Shown piece by piece: positions 27,987 to 37,837 of a DNA stretch of 64,000 nucleotides. Made by a program: the position numbers and the translations under genes. The stretch is from Candidatus Omnitrophota bacterium (GTDB taxonomy: Bacteria > Omnitrophota > Gorgyraeia > Zapsychrales > JBAZNR01): NCBI GenBank assembly GCA_041649175.1, contig JBAZNR010000002.1, positions 321,766 to 385,765 of the forward strand, read 5' to 3'. The notes beneath the pieces were generated by a model. The model had not been told where the DNA came from and did no database searches. It saw nothing but the letters and a program-made list of their open reading frames with translations. Position 1 is the stretch's first letter, and each line of letters starts with the position of its first letter.

Positions 27987-28841
27987 ATGCTGTTAAATCC
28001 TTTGGAATTTCATAAACCCGCAACACTACAAGCCGCTGTTAAGCTCTATTCTGAACTTCCGGACGCGCGACTTTTGGCAGGGGGGACGTTTCTCCTTAAC
28101 AGCTTAAAAACTATGAAGAGAAGGGGGAACAAAACTCCTTCTCATGTCATTAGCCTAAAGCACATTCCCGATCTGCACGGCATTGCCGTTAAAGATGAGA
28201 AGCTTTTTATCGGCTCAGCGGTCGTCATCAATGACCTTTTTGCCTCATCCTTGCTTACCGACAATTTCGCCCTTTTAAGAATTGTTTGCCGCAATATTTC
28301 TACCAATCCGATCAGAAATATGGCAACAGTCGGAGGAAATCTTACCAGCCGCTATACATGGACAGAGCTTGGCGCAGCGCTGATCGCCCTGAAAGCTGAT
28401 ATGCATTTTGTCGGGCCAGACTTAAAGGAAGAGGTGCTTTCGGTGGAAGATTTCTTCGCCAATAATGCGCGCACAAATAAAATTCTTCGCGCAATTTCGA
28501 TCATTAAAGATAAAAAGATCAAATCTAGCTATCAACGCGTAAAGAAGCTATCCGATGTGGACGTGCCGCTTTTGGCGGTTTGCGTAACAGCTCAATTTTC
28601 CGGAAATCATTTTAAAGACACGCGCGTCGTCATCAATAGCGGAACAGCTTTCGCTAAAAGAGACCTTGTTTTGGAAAAATTCTTAAACGAATCCTCTGCT
28701 CACAAAAATTTAGCACAAGAAGCGCTCGATCATTTAGACACGCCCATTTACGATACGCGCAGTGATGATTACAAAAAAGCCATGTTTCGCGTCGGTATAA
28801 AAAACGCGATCAATGAATTAATTTCCGGGAGGGAAAAATGA
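27987..28841 (+). CDS. Molybdenum hydroxylase family FAD-binding (medium) subunit
   Basis: ARLLAGGT FAD-binding motif, CoxM/XdhB-like, about 284 aa. Confidence 0.75.
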   Translation: MLLNPLEFHKPATLQAAVKLYSELPDARLLAGGTFLLNSLKTMKRRGNKTPSHVISLKHIPDLHGIAVKDEKLFIGSAVVINDLFASSLLTDNFALLRIVCRNISTNPIRNMATVGGNLTSRYTWTELGAALIALKADMHFVGPDLKEEVLSVEDFFANNARTNKILRAISIIKDKKIKSSYQRVKKLSDVDVPLLAVCVTAQFSGNHFKDTRVVINSGTAFAKRDLVLEKFLNESSAHKNLAQEALDHLDTPIYDTRSDDYKKAMFRVGIKNAINELISGREK

Positions 28842-29308
28842 CCACTCTCATGATCAATAAAACAAAATACGAAGTCGAACTAAAAGGGCACGAGACACTT
28901 CTTGAGGTTTTACGCGATAAGCTAGGCTTAACCGGAACAAAGACCAGTTGTATGGAATCGGAGTGCGGGGCCTGCGTCGTTAACATTGACAAAAAAGCTA
29001 TTCTCTCTTGCATTACGCTTGCCAAAGATGTGGAAGAAAAAGAAGTGACAACCATCGAAGGTTTAAGCGACGGAGAAACCCTTCATCCTGCACAACAGGC
29101 ATTTTTAGATAAAGGGGCGGCACAGTGTGGTTTTTGTATTCCCGGCATGATCATGTCGTCCAATGCGCTTTTAGAAAAGACTCACACGCCAACCCAAGAA
29201 GAAATGGAATATGCTTTAGACGGCAATATCTGCCGCTGCACCGGCTATATCAAGATCTTTGAAGCTGTTCGCGAGGCCGGGCAAGTCATGAAAAAGAAAG
29301 GGCATTAA
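28838..29308 (+). CDS. Molybdenum hydroxylase family [2Fe-2S] (small) subunit
   Basis: CMESECGACVV and CGFCIPGM ... CRCTGY cysteine clusters. Confidence 0.85.
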   Translation: MTTLMINKTKYEVELKGHETLLEVLRDKLGLTGTKTSCMESECGACVVNIDKKAILSCITLAKDVEEKEVTTIEGLSDGETLHPAQQAFLDKGAAQCGFCIPGMIMSSNALLEKTHTPTQEEMEYALDGNICRCTGYIKIFEAVREAGQVMKKKGH

Positions 29309-29316
29309 AGGCGCTT

Positions 29317-31641
29317 ATGAGTACCGCCATTAACAAAGAATATATCAATCCCGTCGGAAAAAGTGTTCCCAAGATCGACGGAAAAGGCATTGTGACCGGG
29401 CAGATCAAATATGTCTTTGATGTTTCATTTCCCAATATGCTCGTCGGAAAGATGATCCGCAGCCCCCATCCGCATGCGCGCATTATCAGCATCGATACAT
29501 CAAAGGCCGAAAAACTTCCCGGCGTTAAAGCGATCGTTACCGCCAAAGATACGCACGGAATTAAATTTGGGTCCAACGAATATTTCTTCCCGCACACAGT
29601 TGATCAACAGGCTTTAGAAGGCGACAAAGTCCGCTATATCGGCGATGAAATAGGAGCAGTTGCCGCCATCGACGAGGAAACAGCCGAAAAAGCGATCAGC
29701 CTTATTGATGTTCAATACGAAGTTCTACCGGCTGTTTTTGATATGGTGGAAGCTATGAAACCCGGAGCACCGCAAATTCACACCGCCATGAATAACATTG
29801 CGGTTATTTTGCCGGTCAATTTCGGGAATGTAGAACGCGCCTTAAAAGAATCTGATTATGTCCGCGAAGATGTTTTCTATTCTCAGGCGGCCGCACATTG
29901 CGCTATGGAACCTCATGTTTGCGTCGGGCAATTTGAAAACTTCTCAAATAAAATTACATTATGGTCATCCAGTCAAGCACCGTTTAAATGCCGCGAAGCT
30001 TTAGCCAAATGCCTTAAAATGGATCTTAACGATGTTCGCGTCATCAAGCTTGCCGTCGGGGGTGGATTCGGCGGAAAATTAGAAATGCTTCCGATGGATT
30101 TTGCGTCATGTTTACTGTCAAAAAAATGCGGCGGCTTGCCGGTCAAGATCACCTATACACGCGAAGAAGAATTTGCATTTTCTAGGCGAAAACACGGCAT
30201 GCTTTATAAATTAAAATCCGGCGTTAAAAAAGACGGGACACTTATGGCCATTTCCGGAGAAGTCATTGCCGACGGCGGCGCTTACTGTAGTTACGGCCCA
30301 ACCGTCATGGCAGCCGCTATTATGCGCACCTTCATGGTCTATAAAATAAAGAATTTTCGCATTAACGGTTATCGTGTTTATACCAACAATCCCATCAGCG
30401 GCGCTATCCGAGGTTTTGGCGGTGTTCAATCTGGATTTTCCATCGAATCTCATATGGATCTGTTAGCCGAAGGCATTGGCATGGATCCGGTTGAATTCCG
30501 GCTAAAAAATATCACCGAACCAAACATGGTTACGGTCAATAAAATGTATTTAACGTCAAACGGCCTTCGCGAGTGCATTGAAAAAGCTATCGTCGCGGCA
30601 GATTGGAAAGGCAAACGCGGAAAACAAAAACACCTTTGCCGCGGCATCGGTATCGGTATTGCCGCCGATGTCATGGGTTCCAAGATGTATAAATCACACG
30701 AATCTGCCGGATCTATTCTGAAGGTCGAAGAAGACGGATCGGTTTATTTATTTACCGGAGCCGCCGACACCGGACAAGGATCTAATACCGCGCTTTCACA
30801 AATTGCGGCGCAAGAACTTGGCGTCAGCTATAGCCGCATCCGCTGCAAGTCCGGCGATACAGAGATCACTCCGTTTGATACCGGAAGCTTTGCCAGCCGC
30901 GTTACTTTTATTTCCGGCAACGCCACAAAGCGGGCCGCAACCGATGCCAAGAAACAAATCTTGACCATTATTGCCGAAGAGCTTAAAACAAACATCGAAG
31001 ATCTGGATATTCAAGCCGAACAAGTTATCAATAAAAAAGATAATAAAGCCTTAATGACATTTGACAAAGCCCTCGAGCTTTGCTATTCATTTAATTATGG
31101 CCGGCAAATTATCGGGCGGGGGAGCTATAACCCCAAAACAACTCCCGTTGATTTTAGGACCGGGGAAGGGAATGTTTCCGGAAGTTACGGATTTGAGGCT
31201 CAAATTGCCGAAGTTGAAGTCAACAAAGAAACCGGAGAAGTTAAGATATTAAAAATGTGGGATGCTCACGATATCGGCAAGGCCATTAATCCGCAATCGG
31301 TGGAAGGACAAATTGAAGGCTCTATCGCCATGGGGATCGGTTATACATTTTACGAAGATCTGAAATTTAAAAATGGCAGAGTAGTTAATCCGAATTTTGC
31401 CAATTATCGTCTACCTAAATCGATCGGAACAGTTCCAATTGAAACGATTATGATCGAAACTAATGACCCGGAAGGCCCATTTGGCGCCAAGGGAATGGGC
31501 GAAGCATCACTTCTTCCGACGTCGGCGGCTATCGCTAACGCCATTCATGATGCCGTCGGAATACGCATGAAAGAATTACCGATCACGCCGGATAAAGTCT
31601 TAAAGGCTTTAAAAGAAAAAGAATTAGCTGAAAAGAAATAA
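29317..31641 (+). CDS. Molybdopterin-binding (large) subunit of xanthine dehydrogenase / aldehyde oxidoreductase family
   Basis: GGGFGGK motif. AIRGFGGVQ at the active-site loop, where CODH has AYRCSFR/AYRGAGR. 774 aa. Confidence 0.8.
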   Translation: MSTAINKEYINPVGKSVPKIDGKGIVTGQIKYVFDVSFPNMLVGKMIRSPHPHARIISIDTSKAEKLPGVKAIVTAKDTHGIKFGSNEYFFPHTVDQQALEGDKVRYIGDEIGAVAAIDEETAEKAISLIDVQYEVLPAVFDMVEAMKPGAPQIHTAMNNIAVILPVNFGNVERALKESDYVREDVFYSQAAAHCAMEPHVCVGQFENFSNKITLWSSSQAPFKCREALAKCLKMDLNDVRVIKLAVGGGFGGKLEMLPMDFASCLLSKKCGGLPVKITYTREEEFAFSRRKHGMLYKLKSGVKKDGTLMAISGEVIADGGAYCSYGPTVMAAAIMRTFMVYKIKNFRINGYRVYTNNPISGAIRGFGGVQSGFSIESHMDLLAEGIGMDPVEFRLKNITEPNMVTVNKMYLTSNGLRECIEKAIVAADWKGKRGKQKHLCRGIGIGIAADVMGSKMYKSHESAGSILKVEEDGSVYLFTGAADTGQGSNTALSQIAAQELGVSYSRIRCKSGDTEITPFDTGSFASRVTFISGNATKRAATDAKKQILTIIAEELKTNIEDLDIQAEQVINKKDNKALMTFDKALELCYSFNYGRQIIGRGSYNPKTTPVDFRTGEGNVSGSYGFEAQIAEVEVNKETGEVKILKMWDAHDIGKAINPQSVEGQIEGSIAMGIGYTFYEDLKFKNGRVVNPNFANYRLPKSIGTVPIETIMIETNDPEGPFGAKGMGEASLLPTSAAIANAIHDAVGIRMKELPITPDKVLKALKEKELAEKK

Positions 31642-31681
31642 TAACCGCTATCACAATTTAGGAAACGAAAGGAATTAGAAA

Positions 31682-32071
31682 ATGAAACGCGCACTCTTGG
31701 TCGTCTTCGCCGCACTTTTCCTCTCATCATGCAGTTTATACGTCATCGATTCCAACGAAACATCCCTTGAATACTACTCCCCAAAATCATCCGCCAACGA
31801 CGTCGCCTATCTGGAAACCGTCGATAAACCGCACGAAATGATCGGAATTGTTACGGTTAACGTCGAGCGTACACAGAGCGAGAATGATACCGCAAAAACA
31901 GAGATCATTAACAAGCTCAAACAAGAAGCAGCGACTATGGGCGGCGATGCTATTACCAACATCCAGACAAACGCCGGCACCGGCGCATGGGCCAAGGCAA
32001 AACCAAAGAAACTTTTTGGAAATGCCAATATCCGCACAAATTTCACGGCTGATGTTGTCGTGTTCAAATAA
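31682..32071 (+). CDS. Hypothetical lipoprotein
   Basis: Signal peptide with LSSC lipobox. Confidence 0.4.
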   Translation: MKRALLVVFAALFLSSCSLYVIDSNETSLEYYSPKSSANDVAYLETVDKPHEMIGIVTVNVERTQSENDTAKTEIINKLKQEAATMGGDAITNIQTNAGTGAWAKAKPKKLFGNANIRTNFTADVVVFK

Positions 32072-32091
32072 AATATTATTCTAAGATTTAA

Positions 32092-32679
32092 TTAAAGCGA
32101 TGCTTCGATTTTCTGAAGCTCTTCGGGCGTATTAAAACTAAGCAAAATACCCGGATCATGGACAGCGGTTAGAAAAGTTTCGCTGGTAAACTGGTGCTGA
32201 AGAGTGTTTAATCCTGCGGAGTCATCCAGGGTAAGAAAATCCGCCTTTAACCGTGAGTGGAATATCGGCGGATGACCTTTTTTCCCGTTATAAGTTGGAA
32301 TTAATATGGCGGGTTTTTCTTTATGAAATTGATCGATAAGAAAATTTACAGTTTCAATTTTAACGACAGGAAGATCAACAGGGAAAAGCATGATCCCTTG
32401 AGCATGGGGTGATGTAGTCCTAAGACCAGTTTTAAACGAAGATGTTTGCCCTAATTTGTAATCTTTATTGTAGACAACTTTAATCTTCCCGTGTTCTAAT
32501 AGGTGGGGCTTTATTTGATCAGCATCGTGTCCAAGAACAATGATAGCTTCATCAACAGCCGAATCAATCAAGAGCCGCTGCAAACGGCCGATGACCGTTT
32601 CGTGTGAAAATGTCGCAAGGGCTTTGGGTGACCCAAACCGAGCGCTAAAGCCGGCTGAGAGTAAAACGCAGGAAATCAT
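32092..32679 (-). CDS. MobA/MocA-like molybdenum cofactor nucleotidyltransferase
   Basis: LLSAGFSARFGSPKAL matches the LAGGxSxRMG NTP-transferase motif. Internal ATG start chosen. Confidence 0.6.
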   Translation of the reverse strand: MISCVLLSAGFSARFGSPKALATFSHETVIGRLQRLLIDSAVDEAIIVLGHDADQIKPHLLEHGKIKVVYNKDYKLGQTSSFKTGLRTTSPHAQGIMLFPVDLPVVKIETVNFLIDQFHKEKPAILIPTYNGKKGHPPIFHSRLKADFLTLDDSAGLNTLQHQFTSETFLTAVHDPGILLSFNTPEELQKIEASL

Positions 32680-32806
32680 GAGGAGATTATAATTTTCTCT
32701 ACCGGGATTGTCAAATCGCATCCCAAGGCCTCTTGTTAAGACTTAAGAAATTGATAAAAAATCAACCACGCTAAATTTTGACAACATCGCAAAGGAGTAA
32801 AATTCC

Positions 32807-33661
32807 TTGTTAACTTTCTATTTTCTAATTGTGATCATCGGACTTGCGGCTGCTGTATGGCTTTTCTTTTCTGAAACCCAGCAACAAAACAAGAAAAATA
32901 GCCCCAGTCTTTTAGACCGACTCGAGCTTAACACAAGCAAAACACCAACCCTTGACGATGCACCGGCTTTAAAACCAGTTCTCGCAGATCCTGACCTCGA
33001 GCTAATTCAAGAACCATTCATGGCCAAATCTCCTGCTGTTGAAATAAAAAATCCGGAAAGTTCAAGCTTGGCAGAAATCGCACTTAAGGAGACCGAGATC
33101 CTGGAATTAACATCAAAATACGAGCGCCTTGAGTCCCTGTTCAAAGAAAAAGGCGAAGAGCTCGACAAAAAAGAAAAAGCTCTTCTTATAGAAATTAAAA
33201 CGCGAAAAGATTTCAACAAGGTCAAAGATATTTTAGAAAAAGAGATCAAGGACATTAAAGAAGATAGTCATAAACTCGAACTTGAATTGGGAGCTTCCCG
33301 GGCCGAAACGGAAGGTTTTAAAAAACGCATCACGCAACTTGAAGAAAAGATTAAGCAAAAAGAAGATGATATCAAATCAAAGGAACAAAAAATCGATGAG
33401 CTAAGCAAGCTTTTCGCGAATGCCATTAAAAAAGACGCCATTAACGCATCCGCAAGCCATGGCGTAAAAGTCGAGATAAAAGAAACTGTCTCTGATGCCG
33501 CGCCAGCAGCAGCACCAGTCGCAACACCAGTTGTAGAGCCAGCGGCTATTGAAGAAAGTACGAAAGAAGAGACTGATAAACCTAACGACACCGCTTTAGA
33601 TAATTCTGCCGTCAAACAACAACCTCAGCCACCCCAAGAAGAAGCTCCAAAAAATGGATGA
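32807..33661 (+). CDS. Hypothetical membrane-anchored coiled-coil protein with Ala/Pro-rich C-terminus
   Basis: N-terminal TM, heptad-like charged region, low-complexity tail. Confidence 0.3.
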   Translation: MLTFYFLIVIIGLAAAVWLFFSETQQQNKKNSPSLLDRLELNTSKTPTLDDAPALKPVLADPDLELIQEPFMAKSPAVEIKNPESSSLAEIALKETEILELTSKYERLESLFKEKGEELDKKEKALLIEIKTRKDFNKVKDILEKEIKDIKEDSHKLELELGASRAETEGFKKRITQLEEKIKQKEDDIKSKEQKIDELSKLFANAIKKDAINASASHGVKVEIKETVSDAAPAAAPVATPVVEPAAIEESTKEETDKPNDTALDNSAVKQQPQPPQEEAPKNG

Positions 33662-34454
33662 ATTTTTACTGCAAAAGATCTTAGTCGCCGCAAAAAAAGG
33701 CCAAAGCTTTGCTTTTGCGACCATTGTTGAGTCAACCCTAAAAGGCACTCCGCGAAAAACCGGAGCTAAAATGGCTGTTCTGGAAGATGGGTCTTTGTAC
33801 GGAACCATCGGTGGCGGTCGAAACGAACAAAACGCGAAATTTGAATGCCTTGATTCCATTAAAACTAAAAAATCAAAACTTGTCACCTATAACTACTTTG
33901 GGCAAGAAGGCCAATCAATTTGCGGAGGCCGAATCAAGGTCTTTATTGAGCCATTTATAGGCAAAAAACACCTCATCATTTGCGGAGCCGGTCACATTGC
34001 TTTGCCTTTGTCAGCCATGGCCAAGATGCTTAATTTTAAGGTCACCATTATCGATGACCGCAAGGAATTTGCCCAAAAAAGCCGTTTTCCGCATGTCGAC
34101 AGCATTGTTCTGGGGTCTCATTCAAAAAAACTTGCCGAAATACCCATAACCTCAGAAACTTATATTATGATCGTAACTCAAGGCAATGAATATGACTTTG
34201 AGTGCCTTAAAATAGCCATAAAAACCAAGGCTTCCTACATTGGGGTGATTTCCAGCAAGGTAAAACGGATCAAGTTCTTTAAGCGGCTACGGCAGGGGGG
34301 AGTTTCAGAGAAAACGCTCAGCCAAATTCACGCTCCAGCCGGCTTGGATATTGGCGCCCAAACCCCGGAAGAAATCGCCATTTCTATCATTTCCGAGATC
34401 ATTGCCAAGCAATCCGGAGCCATTAAGGGAGCTCTAAAATTCAACCAAAAATAG
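33654..34454 (+). CDS. XdhC/CoxI-family molybdenum cofactor insertion chaperone
   Basis: N-terminal XdhC_CoxI-like and C-terminal Rossmann-like XdhC_C (ICGAGHIA) domains. Confidence 0.7.
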   Translation: MDEFLLQKILVAAKKGQSFAFATIVESTLKGTPRKTGAKMAVLEDGSLYGTIGGGRNEQNAKFECLDSIKTKKSKLVTYNYFGQEGQSICGGRIKVFIEPFIGKKHLIICGAGHIALPLSAMAKMLNFKVTIIDDRKEFAQKSRFPHVDSIVLGSHSKKLAEIPITSETYIMIVTQGNEYDFECLKIAIKTKASYIGVISSKVKRIKFFKRLRQGGVSEKTLSQIHAPAGLDIGAQTPEEIAISIISEIIAKQSGAIKGALKFNQK

Positions 34455-34494
34455 CAAAAAATCATAATTTTTACCCCCTTAGAAAGGAGTCAAA

Positions 34495-34905
34495 ATGACT
34501 AAAGATGAAGTCATTGATCTTATACGCGATGCCGGTTTTGGCTTTCTGGCTACAGTAGATGGAAGCCAGCCTAAAGTCCGACCCATGATGCCTTATTTGA
34601 CCGAAGATGGTATGCTGCTTCTGGCCTTACTTGGACACTCCAGAACGGTCGCTCAGGTCAAAAAAAACCCCCTAGTTGAAATTTGTTTTGTTGACCGAAA
34701 GATGGCATTTTGTCGCATTGCCGGAACAGCCAAGATCAGTGAAAATCCAGAAAACAAGGAAACTGTTTGGAACAATATCCCAATGTTGCGGCAGTATTTT
34801 TCAAGTCCGCAGGACAGTAATTTTGTATTATTGGAAATAGGCATAAATTCAGCTGAGGCCATGACTCCGCAGCAAAAGACCCCAGATATCGTTAATCTAA
34901 AATAA
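34495..34905 (+). CDS. Pyridoxamine 5'-phosphate oxidase-like FMN-binding split-barrel protein
   Basis: GFGFLATVDGSQPKVRPM pattern typical of the PNPOx-like family. Confidence 0.55.
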   Translation: MTKDEVIDLIRDAGFGFLATVDGSQPKVRPMMPYLTEDGMLLLALLGHSRTVAQVKKNPLVEICFVDRKMAFCRIAGTAKISENPENKETVWNNIPMLRQYFSSPQDSNFVLLEIGINSAEAMTPQQKTPDIVNLK

Positions 34906-34913
34906 ACCTCTTG

Positions 34914-34959
34914 GGAGCCGTTTTAAGGGCCTAAAAGGGCCATTAAAACGGCTCCTTTT
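34914..34959 (+). terminator. Intrinsic terminator (13-bp perfect stem ggagccgttttaa/ttaaaacggctcc) + TTTT
   Basis: Read directly. Lies 8 nt after the stop of the 34495-34905 gene. Confidence 0.65.
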
Positions 34960-35375
34960 AACTTCCCAGAACCCAGCCTAGAATCGCTCGTTTTACCAGC
35001 CCAGAACAAAAAACAGGCAAACACTGGCACATAATGCTGCATTTTAGAACTATTAATATGTCTATCAATTCAAATCAATAGTAAATCATCAAACTGCAAC
35101 AAAACACGCTGTCACGGTAGGGCTATTATAATCGCGGTAAGTTTGAAATCGGTTATTAACAGGTTATATTAAATAGCTCATAAGCTTATACGGTTTAATG
35201 CTTTACAATTAAAATGCCACAATACATATAGTTAACATAACATATATTATAGGAAGTAAGTAAAAAGAGAGAAAAACAAGTTATATAGAGGATTCAAAAC
35301 GGATTTTTGGGGTTTTTCAACGACTTTATCCTAATAAGAGCTTCCGCGACAAGTTGAAAGCAACATTCAGAAACG

Positions 35376-35681
35376 CTACGCAGGTTCTTTCATCTGCACA
35401 TTCCCGCCTGCAATTTTAATGATTTTTCCTGAAACAAGCGCCAGGGCTATTTTCTTTCGCCCAGATCGTAATATTCGTCCAAAACTAGCCCTTGAAATTC
35501 CCATGGCTAAGGCCCCTGCCGCTTGGTCCAAATTCTCAAAATCAGCTAATTTTATAGCCTCAAATTCGTCCAAAGCAATCTCGATTTCATCCGGTCTTCC
35601 CGGCTTTCCCCTTGGGCTAAATTGCCTTATTTTAGGCTCTTTTTGGACAAATCTTATCTTCTTCGGGCGACCTTTCTTCAT
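35376..35681 (-). CDS. DUF134/UPF0251-family predicted DNA-binding protein
   Basis: MKKGRPKKIRFV ... FSPRG N-terminus and a sigma-region-4-like HTH (MGISRASFGRIL). Confidence 0.55.
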   Translation of the reverse strand: MKKGRPKKIRFVQKEPKIRQFSPRGKPGRPDEIEIALDEFEAIKLADFENLDQAAGALAMGISRASFGRILRSGRKKIALALVSGKIIKIAGGNVQMKEPA

Positions 35682-35743
35682 ATTCTTTCCTTTCAGTTTT
35701 CGTAATTATAGTCAAATAAAACACCAATTCAACTACCCATTTA

Positions 35744-35763
35744 TTATGAGCATATGCTCATAA
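35744..35763. promoter_or_regulatory. Perfect 20-bp palindrome TTATGAGCATATGCTCATAA in the upstream region of the DUF134 gene (candidate operator)
   Basis: Read directly. Centred about 70 bp upstream of start codon 35681. Confidence 0.45.
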
Positions 35764-35788
35764 TATCACTTGAGTATAAAACTTCAAC

Positions 35789-35835
35789 AAAATACTAAAA
35801 AAATTGCCAGGACTGAGGAAATCCAATCCTGGCAA
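35789..35835 (-). terminator. Intrinsic terminator of pckG (9-bp stem ttgccagga/tcctggcaa followed by T-tract on minus strand)
   Basis: Read directly. Lies 40 nt after the pckG stop. Confidence 0.55.
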
Positions 35836-35873
35836 AATTGAAACTGACTAAAAAAGTGGATAAAAAACGTGTT

Positions 35874-37658
35874 TTAAAAAGTGTTAAAACGTCCTTTCAA
35901 CCCCTCATATTCTTGGTTAATTTCGCTAGGAAGACGTCCTTCAAATTGATTAAAAAAGGCCTGCTGGCTATTTAGTTCTTGTGCCCATTCTTCTTTGTTA
36001 ATGGCAAATAGGTCCTTCATTGTTTCCGCGGATAAATCCAGCCCAGAAAGATCGATGTCTTTGGGGTCCGGAATAAAACCAATGGGCGTTTTGATAGCGC
36101 CAACTTTGCCATTACAACGGTTAAGGATCCACTCAACAATCCGTAAGTTTTCCCCGTAACCAGGCCATAAAAACTTGCCATTTTCATCCTGCTTAAACCA
36201 GTTAACGCAAAATATACGGGGAGCTTTTTTTCCCATTATTTTCCCCATCTTTAGCCAATGCTGAAAATAGTCTGCCATGTTATAACCGCAAAAAGGCACC
36301 ATCGCCATGGGGTCATAACGCACTTCACCCTGTTTGCCGAACTGCGCGGCAGTACGTTCGGAGGCCATAGTAGCTCCCACAAAAACACCATGTTGCCAGT
36401 TAAAAGCCTCAAAAACCAGCGGTGTCAGCTTAGCCCTGCGGCCGCCAAAAATGATCGCTGAAACCGGAACGCCTTTTTTAAGGTGCGAGGTGCCTTTCGG
36501 AGCCGTAGGACACTGACTAAATGGAGCCGTAAACCGGCTATTGGGATGAGCTCCCAAGACTTTCTTCCCGTTCGCATCTGTCATTCCGGGATGCCAAGGT
36601 TTCCCTTCCCAATTTACCCCTTCAGCAGGAGGCTGTTCATCGCCCCCTTCCCACCAAACCGTATTATCGGGTTTTAAGAGAACATTAGTAAAGATTGTAT
36701 TTTTTTGGATGGTTTTAATGGCATTTGGATTGGACTTCAAATTTGTCCCGGGTAAAACACCAAAAAACCCGCTTTCCGGATTAACCGCTAAAAGCGTTCC
36801 TTTTTTATCCGGACGCATCCAGGCAATATCATCGCCAACCGTTGAAACAGTGTATTTCTTTTTAGACAAGCTTTTGGGCGGAACAATCATGGCAAGATTG
36901 GTTTTGCCGCAAGCACTGGGAAAAGCACCAGTCACATACTGCATTTTTCCGGCCTTGCTTTTTAAGCCTAAAATAAGCATATGCTCGGCCATCCAATTTT
37001 CCTGCCTTGCCAGATAGCTGGCAACACGAAGCGCTAAGCATTTTTTTCCCAAAAGAACATTGCCACCATAGCCGGAACCGACGCTCCAAATCGTATTATC
37101 CTGAGGAAAATGCAGAATAAGCCGGCGGTTAATGTCAAGATCGGCTTTGCTATGTAAACATTTCGTAAACTCACCATTTTTTCCTATTGAATCAAGGACT
37201 TTTTGTCCAATACGCGTCATGATCCGCATATTAAGAACGACATAAATACTGTCCGTCAACTCAACACCAATCTTACAAAAAGACGATCCCGGAAGCCCCA
37301 TAGCAAACGGGACAACATACATCGTGCGGCCTTTCATGGCGCCGCGAAAAAGATCCGCCGCCTTTTTATAAGCATCTGCTGGAGACATCCAATTGTTGGT
37401 TGGTCCCGCATCTTCTTTCTTTGGAGTACAAATAAAGGTGAGATTTTCCGTGCGCGCGACATCGCTGGGATGCGTACGATGATAAAAACACCCGGGGAGT
37501 TTTTTAGAGTCGAGGGTCACTAGCTCTTTCGTGACAAGAGCCTCCTCTTCTAATTTCTTCTTTTCCTTCTCGGATCCACTGATCCAAACAACTTGATCCG
37601 GCTGACACAAGGCAGCCATTTCTTCAACCCACAAGTTCAATTTTTTATGATCGCTCAT
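35874..37658 (-). CDS. pckG: Phosphoenolpyruvate carboxykinase (GTP)
   Basis: 594 aa with GTP-PEPCK hallmarks (GSGYGGN kinase-1a, FPSACGKTN P-loop). Confidence 0.9.
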   Translation of the reverse strand: MSDHKKLNLWVEEMAALCQPDQVVWISGSEKEKKKLEEEALVTKELVTLDSKKLPGCFYHRTHPSDVARTENLTFICTPKKEDAGPTNNWMSPADAYKKAADLFRGAMKGRTMYVVPFAMGLPGSSFCKIGVELTDSIYVVLNMRIMTRIGQKVLDSIGKNGEFTKCLHSKADLDINRRLILHFPQDNTIWSVGSGYGGNVLLGKKCLALRVASYLARQENWMAEHMLILGLKSKAGKMQYVTGAFPSACGKTNLAMIVPPKSLSKKKYTVSTVGDDIAWMRPDKKGTLLAVNPESGFFGVLPGTNLKSNPNAIKTIQKNTIFTNVLLKPDNTVWWEGGDEQPPAEGVNWEGKPWHPGMTDANGKKVLGAHPNSRFTAPFSQCPTAPKGTSHLKKGVPVSAIIFGGRRAKLTPLVFEAFNWQHGVFVGATMASERTAAQFGKQGEVRYDPMAMVPFCGYNMADYFQHWLKMGKIMGKKAPRIFCVNWFKQDENGKFLWPGYGENLRIVEWILNRCNGKVGAIKTPIGFIPDPKDIDLSGLDLSAETMKDLFAINKEEWAQELNSQQAFFNQFEGRLPSEINQEYEGLKGRFNTF

Positions 37659-37730
37659 CTTGTTTCTCCGTTCGATGTTTTCTTTAAGAAATAGAATTTA
37701 CTATCTCTGCGTTCCTTTAAAATCGCCATC

Positions 37731-37758
37731 ATTATACAGAGGAAAAGCGCCTTGTCAA
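37731..37758 (-). promoter_or_regulatory. Consensus sigma70 promoter TTGACA-16-TATAAT for pckG
   Basis: Read on the minus strand (plus-strand tgtcaa at 37753-37758 and attata at 37731-37736). Confidence 0.55.
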
Positions 37759-37787
37759 TATTTTCACGTGTTTAAAAGCAAAAAAAA

Positions 37788-37814
37788 GGCGGCCGCGAAA
37801 ATCGCGGCCGCCTT
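37788..37814 (-). terminator. Bidirectional intrinsic terminator (ggcggccgcg/cgcggccgcc stem flanked by A- and T-tracts)
   Basis: Read directly. Follows the cupin gene on the minus strand. Confidence 0.6.
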
Positions 37815-37837
37815 TTACCACTTATAATCGTTATTAT

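Noticed and set aside
27987-31641. Carbon-monoxide dehydrogenase (coxMSL) call for the Mo-hydroxylase operon
   Set aside because: The large subunit shows an AFRGFGG-like loop (AIRGFGGVQ) rather than the CODH AYRCSFR/AYRGAGR active-site loop, so only a family-level call was made.
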